A stretch of 64,000 nt of DNA from an uncultured Verrucomicrobiae bacterium (GCA_963738245.1 CAVTWB010000015.1:49156-113155); one strand, 5' to 3'; positions 42,450-57,178 are shown, counted from the first letter of the stretch. The notes: generated by a model not told the origin, from the letters alone. A program made the numbers and translations.

Positions 42450-43406
42450 TCACTCCGGTTTGTCCCGCAGCTCGCGCTCCAGTTGTTCAAAGGCCAGCCG
42501 CTCGGCCGGGGGCACCAGTCCCAGGCAAAGTTCGCGCAGTTCGCCCTCGTTCCATTCGCGCAAGGTCGCCTTCATGGCCGGTCGGGAATCGTAGATGCCC
42601 GGATGGCGGCGTTCATGCTCGGCGCAACGGATCATGTTGTGGGCGGTCTCGCGGGCATTGGCGAGCCAGCTCGCCTCAATGAACTTGTCCCACTCCGCAT
42701 CGAGCTGCCGCCAGCGGTCGAGGAAGTCCGCCTCCGGTTCATCGGCGAGCGACTGTAGTTGGTGCAGCAGATTGTCGAGCCGCCTTTCGCAGCCAACCTT
42801 CGTGCCGATATTTTTCGCAAGCTGACGCCGGCGCAGGCGGACGGCCCTGAGGATTGTGGCGCGCGACATGGGTTTGGCGTTTGGGTCGGGCGTGACTTGA
42901 ACCAGCAACGAGGCGATTTTGCCGGCGAGAGGGTCGTCGGGAATCTTCTCCGGGTCGTTCATGGCGTCCGCCTGTTTGGCCTGCGCCAAGGCGATCTCCA
43001 AAAACTTCCGGGCGGCGTCGGGCGCGGGTTTGCGGATGAGGCGCAGCCCGAATTCGTAGTTGCATTCCGCCTCCAGGTGGACGGTGGCCCACGAATGATT
43101 GTCGGCCGCAGACGGCGTCTTGTCCCGCCTGGATCTGATGGCGTTCAGTGCGTGGCAGAACGAGCCACTGGCATCTTCGTCATCGTCCTGGTGCAGGCCG
43201 AGGGCGTGCCAGCTCGCGGCTTCCTGCACGTCCCACTGGACGGCATGCATGATTTGCTGATAGAAGTTGTCAACCATCGCCAGGCGCTGTTGCTCGGACT
43301 GAAGCCCCCTCCGGCATTCGTCCATGTAAATCAGAAACGCCTTCGTCAGTTTGATGAGCAGGCGGCGGAGCTGCTGTTCTTTAGGTTGTTCTGGGGCGGC
43401 GTGCAT
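42450..43406 (-). CDS. Hypothetical all-alpha protein (possible TPR-like helices)
   Basis: 318-aa ORF, charged helical composition, host-like GC3. Confidence 0.7.
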   Translation of the reverse strand: MHAAPEQPKEQQLRRLLIKLTKAFLIYMDECRRGLQSEQQRLAMVDNFYQQIMHAVQWDVQEAASWHALGLHQDDDEDASGSFCHALNAIRSRRDKTPSAADNHSWATVHLEAECNYEFGLRLIRKPAPDAARKFLEIALAQAKQADAMNDPEKIPDDPLAGKIASLLVQVTPDPNAKPMSRATILRAVRLRRRQLAKNIGTKVGCERRLDNLLHQLQSLADEPEADFLDRWRQLDAEWDKFIEASWLANARETAHNMIRCAEHERRHPGIYDSRPAMKATLREWNEGELRELCLGLVPPAERLAFEQLERELRDKPE

Positions 43407-43448
43407 AAATTTTAATGATTGTCTTTTATCGGGCGGGGCGGGGCCGGG

Positions 43449-45808
43449 TCATGGCCCGCGCAACGTCTGGGTGCGGCCGGAGTCCGGCAGGGTGAGATGC
43501 ACGATGGAATTAAACGTCTCGCCGTTCAGCCGGTGGCCGTGGTCATCCACCAGGTTCCAGAGGACGTTGAACTCGCCGTTCGTGGTGCTGCCGGAGAGCG
43601 TCTTGAGATGCACGCCGTTGGTGGTGATGCATTCGATGGAAAAATTTCCGTTCGGCTCCGGCAGCCGGGCATGAAAGGTCGCGCCCAATTCAACGTCATA
43701 GGTCGAGGAGTCGAGACTGAACTGGCAGAGGTTGCTGGTCGTAACGGCAATGGCGGGGCCGCAGCCCAGGTAATATCCGCCCCGTTCATTTGTCCATAGC
43801 AGCCGGGCCTGGACGGCGTGCGTGCGGGGCGGGTCGAAGATCGTGTGCCAGACGAGCAGAAATCGCCGTTGGTGGCGCGGTCGCAATCCTGCACTTTGGC
43901 TCCGCTGTCTGGCTCGTCCACGTTTCCCGGACTTGCATCCACCATCAGGGTCAATCCGCCCCGGTTGGTGACGACATCGTAGCTGACGGGAAATTCAAAG
44001 GTGAGGTCTTCCGGTTCCTGCGCCGGTGATAATTTGCCGGGGCGTCAGCAGTTCGCCGAGCGAAAGCTGGTTGGTGCCGGCGGTGCCGGCGTTCCGAATG
44101 GCGTCATTGACCGGCCGGCCTTGATAGGACATGCCGCTCGCGTCCGGCGACCATTTCATTGACAAAATCTTTGCGACGCGGGCCTGGCGCAAGGGAGATT
44201 GTTTCCAATCCTCTACGGATTCCTGCTGCATCTCTCGATAATTGCGTGATTGCTCGGCGCGCTCTTCCTGCTGCTTCAAATCTTGGATGGAAGTTTTGCT
44301 GGCCGGCAGCGGCCAGACGATGTCGGCTTGTGGCGGTGCTTCATAAAGTGTGCCGCCGCCGCGAAGTTTGGTCTCCCATTCGTGTGATGGCAGTATCCCG
44401 CCGTCATCCACGCCATCCAGCCCGATGGAATAAAGAAGAAAATGTCCATCATTTGTCGAGCCGGTAGCGCAGCGGCTGGCCGTCCATGAAGTCCGGCAGC
44501 GGCGTCTTGAGAAATTCCGGCGTGAGTGCGGCGAGCGTTGCCGGATAGGCGCCAAATTTTTCGCGATACCTTTCGAGCGCGAGGGCGGTGATGATGATTC
44601 GCCGTCGCGCTTCGGCCTCGGCAGCACGCCCAAGGAAGCTGGAATTGAATTTCATGAAGGCCGTGTTCATTTCGTGCAAGTTCATCATGGCCTGATATGG
44701 GCGACGAATACTTTGACCGGAAGAAAATCCGGTTGGTCACGCCGGGCAGCGAGCGCATCTGTGACCAATTGGTGGCTTGAATGGCGTTGCGGAGTTCCAC
44801 CTCGCGGTCGTGATAGAACAGCAGCAGCGCCTGCTGATCGTCAAGGCTGCCATGCTGGCGGTAGGCGAGCTGGTTCCAGTTGTAATTGAGCTTCCACCAG
44901 ATTTGCATGGGATTTTGAAGCGCCGCCTTGCAAAATTCAATGAAAGTAAAGTTGTCATTCATAGAACGCTGGCGCTCGGATTCGCACATCGCCACGGCAC
45001 TGGCGCGCTGGAAGGCGGCCGTCTCCGGCAGATTCGTGAAAAAATTCGCGGACTCCCATTCCTGCTGCAGCCGCGCGAGCTGGTCGTCGGTCCAGCCGTT
45101 GGTCTGAAGCGCCTGCCACGTGATATTGAAGGCGAGAGTCATGTCGTTCAAGCGGACGAGGTGCGAAATCTCCACCGGTTCCGGCTCATACGCGGTGACC
45201 AGCCGGGTCGCCGCCAGAAGATTGGTCCACGCGCCGGATGGATTGCCGTCATGCAGGGCCAGCACGGTGCGGTCGCCAAACGTCTGGGTGAGATTTTTCA
45301 TCACCGCGAGATGCGGCAGCAACATGGCGCTGCCACGACTGGCATCGAGGTTGAACTGGATGGGGCCGGACAGGATGGCCGCACAGGCGGAGTCGAAGAG
45401 CGATTGTTTCTGGTTGATCGCGTTACGAAATTCGTCCCAAGAGAGCTGGTCGTTGTCGTCATAGCTTGAGCGGTTTCTCCCTGGCAATGAAGCCAGCTTC
45501 CAAACCACCATCGCGGAGTCGTTCCCGACAGGTGGCAGGAGATTAAGATTCACGGGAAATGAGCGAGAGAAGCTGTTGGTGGCGGTATTTTTCAAAACAG
45601 CTTCGCGCGTGCGCAACTCCGGCGTGGTGGAGAGGTCAAAGTCGGCGAGATCCGTCTTGAAGCCCTGCTCCCGCAACGATTGCCGGGTCTCCGCCAACGC
45701 GCGGGAGGCGGCACCATTGGAGGGCGGCAGGCGTAACAACATCAGCCAGCCCGCCAGCAGCAGAATTGCGAGCAGAACCCAAAGCAAATTTCCCGGACGA
45801 TGTTTCAT
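43449..45808 (-). CDS. Large membrane-anchored hypothetical protein (multiple frameshifts)
   Basis: N-term TM; pieces in ORFs 44276-46249, 44449-44688, 43995-44633 and 43449-43886 read as one protein, incl. ALERYR..GAYPATLAALTPEFL..PDFMDGQPLRYR and FLLYSIGLDGVDDGG (pseudopilin GspG C-term-like). Confidence 0.6.
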
Positions 45809-45923
45809 CGGGCACTTTTTCCGTTGTGATAAGCCCAAGGTTTGCGCCTCCATTGAAATATTGGCAAGCTTTATTATAAACTTTGCTTTGCATTGCCGGC
45901 CGGAAAGTCTATGAATGGTAATC

Positions 45924-46448
45924 ATGAATGGCGGCATTCGCAATGGTGGTCTGCGGTGGCTGATATTTTTGGCCGCGCTGCTGCCGGGCGGTTCCTTGAG
46001 AGCCGACCCGATTGTTGATTTCGGTGTAAGTTCCAGATCCCAGTTCGGAATTATATTCACCATCACGATTGCAATATTGGTCGAGGCGGTTTGCATCCTC
46101 CTCCTGCTGCGTCGCCGGCGCACGCCGCGCCTGTTTTTTCTCTGGCTGATGGCCATGCATCTGCTGACGTATCCCATCTTTCTGGGACTGGTCTGGTTTT
46201 CCGCTGGCGCGCGCCCCGGACTCGCCGCAGGCATCTGCGAGGGGATCATCGTGTTGATCGAAGGGAGTTTGATCTATTTGCTGTGCCGTTTTGCGCCCTC
46301 CGCCAAGATGGCATTGCCATCGCCATCAGTCGGCAAGGCGTTGTTCGCGTCGTTGATTGGAAATATTTGTTCGGCGGCGGCATTTCCATTGCTGACACTG
46401 CTGAATGCGCTGCTGGCGCATGCCATCGGCGGTTCGGGCATGGAGTGA
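45924..46448 (+). CDS. Hypothetical integral membrane protein
   Basis: Signal peptide plus ~4 hydrophobic helices. Confidence 0.7.
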   Translation: MNGGIRNGGLRWLIFLAALLPGGSLRADPIVDFGVSSRSQFGIIFTITIAILVEAVCILLLLRRRRTPRLFFLWLMAMHLLTYPIFLGLVWFSAGARPGLAAGICEGIIVLIEGSLIYLLCRFAPSAKMALPSPSVGKALFASLIGNICSAAAFPLLTLLNALLAHAIGGSGME

Positions 46449-46469
46449 ACCCGGCGCAATCTGCGCCAA

Positions 46470-46544
46470 GCAGCGGCTTCTAGGTAGAGAGCCGCACTTC
46501 TCACCGTGAAATAAAAATGCGGCGCTCCGCCGGGTCGCCGCTAC
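46470..46544. repeat. Degenerate REP-like doublet
   Basis: GCAGCGGCTTCTAGGTAGAGAGCCGC...GCGGCGCTCCGCCGGGTCGCCGCTAC. Confidence 0.7.
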
Positions 46545-46555
46545 AATGAGGCTTC

Positions 46556-49153
46556 ATGGCCGAACGACTGCCCATCTACGAAATCGAATCCGAAATCATC
46601 GCGCGCCTGCAACGCGACAAGCGGCTCATACTGTCCGCGCCCACCGGTTCCGGCAAATCCACGCAGGTGCCGCAGATGCTGCTCAAACACGGATTGCTCG
46701 GCAATGGACAGGTTGTTGTTTTGCAGCCGCGCCGGCTGGCCGCGCGTCTGCTCGCGGCGCGCGTGGCGCAGGAATTAGGCGTCAAACTCGGCGACGAAGT
46801 CGGTTACCAGATCCGCTTTGAGAATTGCACGTCGGCCAAAACCAAAATCCGCTTTGTGACCGAAGGTGTTTTGTTGCGGCAAATGATTGACGACCCGCAA
46901 CTGCGCGGCGTGTCGGCGATCCTGTTCGATGAATTTCATGAACGGCATCTTTACGGCGACATCACGCTTGCCCAAACGCTCGACCAGCAGGAAAAACACC
47001 GCCCCGACCTCATGCTGGCCGTGATGTCTGCCACGCTGAACGCGGCCGAACTGGAAAAATATCTGTCGGAGCGCCGGTCTCCGATCCGGCGAGTTGAAGC
47101 ATCCCCCGTCGGGACCGAGGCCGGCGCTCCACGCTGCTCCGTGCTCGCCTCCGAAGGCCGCACGTTTCCGGTCGAAGTCGAATATCTGCCGCACCGTGCC
47201 GGCGCGAACGGGCCGCCGGTGTGGGGACTGGCGGCGGAAGAGTTCTCGCGCTACGTCAATGGCGGCGGCGAGGGCGACGTGCTCGTTTTCATGCCGGGCG
47301 GTTTTGAAATTTCCCAGACCATCGAGGCCATCCGCAATACGCGCGAGGCCAAAGGTTTCATCGTGCTGCCTTTGCACGGCGAATTGCAGCCGAAGGATCA
47401 GGATGCCGCCGTCGCGCGCTACCAGCAGCGAAAGGTCGTCGTCGCCACGAACGTCGCGGAGACGAGCATCACGATAGACGGCGTGCGTCTGGTGATTGAT
47501 TCCGGCCTCGCGCGCATCGCCCGTTACGATTCGAACCGCGGCATCAACACGTTGCTCGTCGAAAAAATCTCGCAGGCGAATGCCGACCAAAGAACTGGCC
47601 GCGCGGGTCGCACCGCGCCGGGCACGTGCGTCCGGTTGTGGTCGCGCCCCGAGCACGACGAGCGTGCGCCGCACGAGATGCCGGAAATCCGCCGGCTCGA
47701 TTTGTCGGAAGTCGTGCTGACATTGAAGGCGGCGGGCGTGGAGGATTTGCGGAAGTTCCGCTGGCTGGAAAAGCCAGACGAAATTTCCCTCACCCACGCG
47801 GAGGAATTGTTGGCGGATCTCGGCGCGATTCACGACGCGAAAATTACTCCGGTTGGCCGCAAGATGCTGGCGTTTCCGCTGCACCCGCGTTACGCGCGGA
47901 TGCTGCTGGCGGCGCAAAAATACGGCTGCGTGTATCAGGCGTGTCTCGTCGCGGCGCTGACGCAAGGGCGCGACCTGATCATTCGCAACGCCGGCAAGGA
48001 TGTGGAAACGGCACGGGAAGATTTGCTCGGCGAGAAGGCGTCGTCGGACTTTTGGATTCTCATGCGCGCGTGGAGTTTTGCGTTCAATAATCAGTTCCGC
48101 ATGGACGCCTGCCGCAAGCTGGGCATTCACGCCGTCACCGCGCGGCAAGTCGGGCCGTTGTTTGAACAATTTCTCCGCATCGCCAAGGACGAGGGTCTCG
48201 ACACGAAGCCGAAAGAGATTAAAGACGAGGCGTTGCAGAAATGTATTTTGATCGGTTTCAGCGACCGCGTGGCGCGGCGGATGGATCAGGGCACTTTGCG
48301 CTGCGAACTCGTCCACGGCCGTCGCGGTGTGCTGGCGCGGGAAAGCAAGGTTCAGCACAGTCCGCTCTTTGTCGTGGCGGAAATCCGCGAGATCGGCGGA
48401 CGCGACCGCGAAGTGAACACGATTCTTTCGCTGGCCACGACGATTGAGACAGACTGGCTGCGCGAACTGTTTCCCGACGACATCAAATCCGATTTGCACG
48501 TCCAGTTCGACGCGCAACAGAAGCGCGTGCTCGCCGCCGAGTTGTTGCGCTTTCGCGATCTGGCGCTCGCGGCGAAACGCATTGACCCACCACCGACGGA
48601 TGCGGCGGCGCGATTGCTCGCGGATGAAATTCTCGCCGGACGATTGCTGCTGCCGAACTGGGATCATCACGTTGAGCAATGGCTGGCGCGGTTGAACCTG
48701 CTTTGCCAGCAGTGCGCGGAATTGCAGTTGCCGGCGATCACGGGCGAGGACAAGAAGCACATCATCGAGCAGTTGTGCCATGGAGCGGTCAGCTATAAAG
48801 ATGTCAAGGAGCGCGAAGTGAAACCCGTCGTGATGTCATGGCTCTCGCAATCGCAGCGCGAATTGCTGGACAAACATGCGCCGGAGCGGCTGACGCTGCC
48901 GAACGGGCGGACGCCCAAGGTGAATTACGAGCCGGGCAGGCCGCCGTTCATCTCGCTGCGCATCCAGGAACTTTACGACGTGAACCAGACGCCGAAGATC
49001 GCGCTGGGCCGCGTGCCGGTGACGGTGCATATTTTGACGCCCGGAATGAAACCGGTCCAGGTGACGCAGGATTTGGCGGGTTTCTGGCGCGAACATTATC
49101 CGAAGATCAAAACCGAGCTGGCGCGGAAGTATCCGAAACATTTCTGGCGATGA
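46556..49153 (+). CDS. hrpB: ATP-dependent DEAH RNA helicase HrpB
   Basis: APTGSGKST, DEFHER, MSATL, ATNVAETSITI, QRTGRAGR, C-term QVTQDLAGFW..YPKHFW. Confidence 0.95.
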   Translation: MAERLPIYEIESEIIARLQRDKRLILSAPTGSGKSTQVPQMLLKHGLLGNGQVVVLQPRRLAARLLAARVAQELGVKLGDEVGYQIRFENCTSAKTKIRFVTEGVLLRQMIDDPQLRGVSAILFDEFHERHLYGDITLAQTLDQQEKHRPDLMLAVMSATLNAAELEKYLSERRSPIRRVEASPVGTEAGAPRCSVLASEGRTFPVEVEYLPHRAGANGPPVWGLAAEEFSRYVNGGGEGDVLVFMPGGFEISQTIEAIRNTREAKGFIVLPLHGELQPKDQDAAVARYQQRKVVVATNVAETSITIDGVRLVIDSGLARIARYDSNRGINTLLVEKISQANADQRTGRAGRTAPGTCVRLWSRPEHDERAPHEMPEIRRLDLSEVVLTLKAAGVEDLRKFRWLEKPDEISLTHAEELLADLGAIHDAKITPVGRKMLAFPLHPRYARMLLAAQKYGCVYQACLVAALTQGRDLIIRNAGKDVETAREDLLGEKASSDFWILMRAWSFAFNNQFRMDACRKLGIHAVTARQVGPLFEQFLRIAKDEGLDTKPKEIKDEALQKCILIGFSDRVARRMDQGTLRCELVHGRRGVLARESKVQHSPLFVVAEIREIGGRDREVNTILSLATTIETDWLRELFPDDIKSDLHVQFDAQQKRVLAAELLRFRDLALAAKRIDPPPTDAAARLLADEILAGRLLLPNWDHHVEQWLARLNLLCQQCAELQLPAITGEDKKHIIEQLCHGAVSYKDVKEREVKPVVMSWLSQSQRELLDKHAPERLTLPNGRTPKVNYEPGRPPFISLRIQELYDVNQTPKIALGRVPVTVHILTPGMKPVQVTQDLAGFWREHYPKIKTELARKYPKHFWR
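47068..47130. repeat. Palindromic element inside hrpB, in frame (63 bp)
   Basis: GGAGCGCCGGTCTCCGATCCGGC...GTCGGGACCGAGGCCGGCGCTCC. Confidence 0.8.
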
Positions 49154-49656
49154 ACAGTGTGGAACAACTTTGTCCGAACTGCGGCTTGTGCTGCGACAGC
49201 ACGCTGTTTGCGGACGTGGAACTGCGCGCGGGCGACGACGCGAAGCGGCTGAAACAACTCGGGTTGACGATCGAGAAGAAAACGCAAACCAAGCTGGCGT
49301 TCGCGCAGCCTTGCGCGTGCTTCGACGGCAGGCTCTGCGGCATTTACGCTGACCGGCCGAAGTGCTGCCGGACTTTTGAGTGTGGTTTGCTGAAAAAAGT
49401 GGAAGCGAACGAGCTGACGGCGGGCGCGGCATTGGCGAAAATTTCCGAAGCGAAAACGCACGCGGAAAAAGTGCGCGGCCTGCTTCGCCAGCTCGGACAG
49501 ATTGACGAAGACCTCGCAATGACGAAGCGTTACACGGAGACCATGAGCGCACCCATGGATTTGTCCGATCATGAGAGCAATGCGCAACGGCGCGGCGAAC
49601 TGATGCTGGCGGTGGACGAATTGATGCGGCAGCTCCAGCGGGATTTTCTTAAATAG
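49150..49656 (+). CDS. YkgJ family cysteine cluster protein
   Basis: CPNCGLCC, PCACF..LCGIYADRPKCCRTFEC. Confidence 0.88.
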   Translation: MNSVEQLCPNCGLCCDSTLFADVELRAGDDAKRLKQLGLTIEKKTQTKLAFAQPCACFDGRLCGIYADRPKCCRTFECGLLKKVEANELTAGAALAKISEAKTHAEKVRGLLRQLGQIDEDLAMTKRYTETMSAPMDLSDHESNAQRRGELMLAVDELMRQLQRDFLK

Positions 49657-49666
49657 TCCCGGCTGA

Positions 49667-49990
49667 TTACGCTTCGACGGGTTGAACCTGCTCCTTTTTT
49701 TCTTCCTCCGGCTTGCGGGCCGTCTGCTCGTTGCGTAACTCATCGAGCGGGCGGAAACGGTCAGCACGAAAGCCGCGCTCCAGTCCCGCCTTGGAATCAG
49801 CCTTGGGATTGACCAGACCGATCAGCAGCACTGACACGTCGCCTTCCATGGTCAGGTTGATGCCCAACCGGATGTCGCGCACGACATAGGTCGTGTCCTT
49901 CACCGGCAGGGCGTCATAAAGCTTGCTGATGTCTGGCGGGAATTTGTCATCCACGCACACCACTTTGTCGCCGATTCCGTAATTGAGCAT
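49667..49990 (-). CDS. Hypothetical protein (SH3-like beta pattern)
   Basis: IGDKVVCVDD...YVVRDI...ERGFRADRFRPL. Confidence 0.7.
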   Translation of the reverse strand: MLNYGIGDKVVCVDDKFPPDISKLYDALPVKDTTYVVRDIRLGINLTMEGDVSVLLIGLVNPKADSKAGLERGFRADRFRPLDELRNEQTARKPEEEKKEQVQPVEA

Positions 49991-50257
49991 GGCATACTTT
50001 TATCCACCGACGTGATGCTTTCCAATCTTTTTTGCCGGTTACGGCCGGATAAAAACTTGATCGCTCGTCAATACGCGGCGCGTCAAACTTTTGCCTGATG
50101 CGCCAGCTTGCAAAAGTTCGGGGGGTTTAGCCGGTGGTCAGCGTGGAAATGTGCTCGTTCTTTGCACCGAATTGTTTGGATTTCACCTTAGCGGAATTGG
50201 AAGCGATCGGTTCGCCCGCAAAAATCCGTGCCGGAGCAGAATGTTCAATAGATTGAT

Positions 50258-51164
50258 TCACTTCGCCGGATTCGCGCCCTTGACGTTCATGCGAATCGAA
50301 TAAAGCGAGGTGCTGGCGGTGATGAACAGCGTCTTGCGGTCCGGCCCGCCGAAGCAGACGTTGGCCGACCATTGTTCCGGCACGTCAATGTGGTCAATCA
50401 ATTTACCCGCCGGATTGAAGATGGAAACGCCGTTGGTCCGGCCGGTCGCGCACATCACCAAATCGTCCATTTTCATCAATCGTCATTCCGTCCGAGCCTT
50501 TCATAACGGCCAGAGTTTTATTCGTCAGCGAGCCGTCGGGCAAAATGTCGTAGCGCCACGTCCGGTCGCCCTGAATGTCGGCGATGAAAAGAGTTTTGCC
50601 GTCCGGCGTGCCGGTGATGCCGTTGGGCTTTTTCAAATCGTTGGCGACGGGAAAAAGTTTTTGACGGTCGGGCGAGAGATAAAATACCGGCTGGTTCGTG
50701 AGCGCCATCTTTGTGTGATCCCACCATTTGCGGCGGTAAAACGGGTCGGTCAAATACATGCCGCCGTTCGGCGCAATCCAGACATCGTTCGGCCCGTTGA
50801 GATATTTGCCGTCGTAATTGGTGACGAGAACCGTGACCGTTTTGTCCGGCGCGATGGACCAAAGCTGGTTGTGCTCGTCGGCGCAGGCAATCAAATTTCC
50901 GTTCGCGTCGAACATCATGCCGTTCGCGTGGCCGGACGGCTGCATGAACGTCGAAAGTTTCCCGTCCACGCTCCATTCCATGATGCGGTCGTTCGGCTGG
51001 TCCACGAAAAAGACATTTCCGTTTTTGTCGCACGTCGCGCCTTCGGTGAACGCGAAATCGCCGGCGAGCTTTTCCAGTTTTGCGCCGGGCGCGACGACGC
51101 CTTGGGAAAAGATCGCAGTGGCGGGAACCGTCATCGCCAGGGCCAGCAGAAAAAAGGTTTTCAT
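50258..51164 (-). CDS. SMP-30/gluconolactonase family protein (frameshift near 50460)
   Basis: FTEGA, NGPND, YLTDP, PNGI, DGMTIDENG, ANVCFGGPDRKTLFITA. Confidence 0.9.
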
Positions 51165-51277
51165 GTGTGGCGGACAAGTTGCAACGATGGACTTCCTGAA
51201 TCCACAAAAATCACACCTTGTTTTTCCAGCCGCGCTGGCGCAATTTGAGATGCGCCGTTCAACGGCGTGTTTTTGTC

Positions 51278-51734
51278 ATGCAAGCCGAAACCAAAAAAGT
51301 TTTGCAATTTTTCAAGAGCTGGCTCATCAGCACCTTCGCGGTGCTGGTGGCGGTGCAGGTCGTGCATGGCATTCATTTCCGCGACCCGGGCCTGCTCGCG
51401 CCGGTGCTGACCGCGCTGGTGCTGGGCATCCTCAACGCGTTCATCCGGCCGATTCTGGTGATCTTCGCGCTGCCGCTGCTGATTTTGACGCTGGGGCTGT
51501 TCATGCTCGTCATCAACGCGCTGATGCTGTGCTTCGTGAGCTGGCTGATGCAGCCGTATTTTCAAGTGGACACGTTCGGCGCGGCAATTTGGGGTGCGCT
51601 GGTCATTAGTCTCATCTCCGGCGCGCTAAATCTCCTCACTGGCAATTCGAACGCGCGCGTCACGTTTCAACGCCGCCCGCCGCCCGATAAAAAATCTGGA
51701 CAACGACGGCAACGGCCCGGTGATTGATGTGTGA
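51278..51734 (+). CDS. Phage-holin superfamily IV (4-TM, YvlD-like) membrane protein; probable 3' frameshift
   Basis: LGILNAFIRPIL..LP..ILTLGLF.LVINALML; alternative frame ends DGNGPVIDV*. Confidence 0.85.
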
Positions 51735-51740
51735 ACTATT

Positions 51741-51797
51741 GGTAGGGCAAAGCTGCCGCTTTGCCCATTTCAGGCGACGGCGCACCGCCGCCCTACC
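51741..51797. repeat. GTAG-type REP-like doublet between convergent genes
   Basis: GGTAGGGCAAAGCTGCCGCTTTGCCC...GGCGACGGCGCACCGCCGCCCTACC. Confidence 0.7.
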
Positions 51798-51800
51798 GGC

Positions 51801-52409
51801 TTACCGGCTTAATTGATAGGCCGCCCGCAGAGTCGGAATTCCCTTCGCATTAAAATCCCGCTCGAAGTCCGTCAGCACTTCCGCCAGTTCAGCGGGCGTT
51901 TCGACTTTTTGAAATTCCTTGCTCGCGGCAAACACCTCGGTCATCTGCTGGAAATAATCCGCGTCGTCCGTCCGCAAATAAACCACGCCACCGGGCGCGA
52001 GCGCGGCGCGGGCCAGCGCGGGGAAGCTTTCGTTGATGAGCCGGTGCCGGCGATGTTTCTTTTTCGGCCACGGGTCGGGAAAATAAATGTGCAGCGCCGA
52101 GGCCGCGTGCGGCGGCAAAAGATATTGCAGAAAATACGCAGACTCGATGCGGACACCGCGCAGGTTGGTCAGCCCGGCACGCCGGCCTTTGCGGTCGAGT
52201 TTTTGGATGCGGCCGAGCAGCCGCTCGACGCCGATGAAATTCCGTTCGGGATTTCGCCGGGCATATTCCGCAAGAAACGAAGCGTCGCCGCAGCCAAGCT
52301 CGACTTCGAGCGGTTGCGGTTTTGGAAACAGTTGCGCCAATGGCATTCGCTCCACGATGGAATGTAATTCCACGATCAAGTTGGCAGAAGTAGCAAAAGA
52401 ATTTTCCAT
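51801..52409 (-). CDS. trmB: tRNA (guanine-N7)-methyltransferase
   Basis: EVELGCG, NFIGVE, YFPDPWPKKKHRRHRL, LRTD, TDFE. Confidence 0.93.
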   Translation of the reverse strand: MENSFATSANLIVELHSIVERMPLAQLFPKPQPLEVELGCGDASFLAEYARRNPERNFIGVERLLGRIQKLDRKGRRAGLTNLRGVRIESAYFLQYLLPPHAASALHIYFPDPWPKKKHRRHRLINESFPALARAALAPGGVVYLRTDDADYFQQMTEVFAASKEFQKVETPAELAEVLTDFERDFNAKGIPTLRAAYQLSR

Positions 52410-52432
52410 TGAAGTTTTTCAGCGGCGTCCGG

Positions 52433-55769
<3,337 letters not shown>

Positions 55770-55772
55770 GAA

Positions 55773-56618
55773 CTACTTCTGGTTTTGCGCGAGCAGTTCG
55801 ACGATCTCGGTCAGGATTTCGTCGCGATTTTTTCCGGCCAGCGCCAGGGCAAGCTGCGCCGTCAGCAGGCCGTAACGTTCGCCGATGTCGTGGCGGCGGC
55901 CGAGCAGTTCGCTGGCAAGATAGCGTTCGCGCCGGGCGAGTTCCGCCAGCGCGGTGGAAAGCTGCACGCGGTCGTTGTGCGGCGGCCCGGCCAGCAACCG
56001 GCCCAGAATTTCCATCGCCGTCGGCGTCAAAACATGCATGCCAAAAAAACAAAGATAATGTCCCGCGCGCAAGCCCGGCACCACGAGCGTTTGTTCCGCT
56101 TCGGTGGGCGTAGGTTTTTCAGAAACAGATTCGATTTCGTAAAGCCGCTGGCGGCCCGCCACCAGCCGTCCGCCAATTGCGCCGTAATACGGCAGCTTGC
56201 TTTCGTGCGTCGCCTGCACGGCGGACACGGAACAGTTTTCAGCCTGCGCCGTTTCGACGAGCTGCCGGGCGCAGGAATTCACGGCGTTGCTCAAATAAAG
56301 ATGATCGCCGACGAGCAGCAAAAATGGTTCTGCGCCGGTATATTTCGCGGCGCAATGAACGGCGTGGCCATAACCCAACGGCGCGGGTTGTTCGATGAAT
56401 TGCACCCGCCGCGCGTGAGCACCGGCCGCCACCGCATAAGCCGGGCCGGCCCCGGGGCTGATGACCACGGCGATTTCCTCGATGCCCGCGCTGGTGACTT
56501 CCTCGATCAGGATGGCGAGCGCGGATTTGGAAATGCCATCGCGGTCCACCAGAGTTTGGAGCGGGAGCGTTTGCTGGTTCTTGCCAGCGGCGGTAATGAC
56601 GGCCTTGCGAATACTCAC
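55773..56618 (-). CDS. Sugar-phosphate nucleotidyltransferase (GalU-like)
   Basis: [37 protein letters not shown]. Confidence 0.85.
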   Translation of the reverse strand: MSIRKAVITAAGKNQQTLPLQTLVDRDGISKSALAILIEEVTSAGIEEIAVVISPGAGPAYAVAAGAHARRVQFIEQPAPLGYGHAVHCAAKYTGAEPFLLLVGDHLYLSNAVNSCARQLVETAQAENCSVSAVQATHESKLPYYGAIGGRLVAGRQRLYEIESVSEKPTPTEAEQTLVVPGLRAGHYLCFFGMHVLTPTAMEILGRLLAGPPHNDRVQLSTALAELARRERYLASELLGRRHDIGERYGLLTAQLALALAGKNRDEILTEIVELLAQNQK

Positions 56619-56763
56619 ATTTACACCTTTGATTAAGCGAAGATAGCGTGATGGGGGAACGTTTCGTTTTTTTTCATCATGCCTTTCCAACGGGCCATAC
56701 GCAAACTTTTTGACATTTGAAATCTGTTCGGAAACCACGAACCTCTTGAGAAGGTGTTATAAA

Positions 56764-56840
56764 TGGTCGGGGCGGTGAGATTCGAACTCACGACCTCTTG
56801 TACCCGAAACAAGCGCGCTACCAGGCTACGCTACGCCCCG
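56764..56840 (-). tRNA. tRNA-Pro (anticodon CGG)
   Basis: CGGGGCGTAGCGTAGCCTGGTAGCGCGCTTGTTTCGGGTACAAGAGGTCGTGAGTTCGAATCTCACCGCCCCGACCA; cloverleaf with encoded CCA. Confidence 0.97.
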
Positions 56841-57178
56841 AACCAATAAAATCATCACATGTGATGGCTTCCGTGTCTCAACGAAAATTCGATGCTGACG
56901 CCGTAAATGCGATAAACGATATTTTGGAGAAGAAATCCGTCTAGCAGAAAACGCCCGACATCAATCCGCTCCACACGAATCGTTAAAAGTTTATTTTGAC
57001 TGATTCCGCGTGAAGGGCAAGCTCATTCGTCGAAGTAGCAGGATCAATTCGATCAGAGTTCCCAGAAAACGGCCGCTCACGTGGGTGCAAGTTTTCAATG
57101 TTTGTGTTCGAGGGTTGGCCCAGCGATTTTTCTGGAGGCATTTCGATTTTTCGACTATGCTCGGATCTATTGCTAATA

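Noticed and set aside
41975-42453. Overlapping ORFs across array C as real genes
   Set aside because: Four frames are open simultaneously, as expected for a stop-poor 21-bp repeat; no RBS or coherent protein
51278-51734. Prophage signalled by the holin-family gene
   Set aside because: This 4-TM family is commonly chromosomal and no phage genes are nearby
56700-57100. Integrative element at tRNA-Pro
   Set aside because: No integrase and no duplicated tRNA 3' end seen; the accessory DNA lies on the tRNA 5' side
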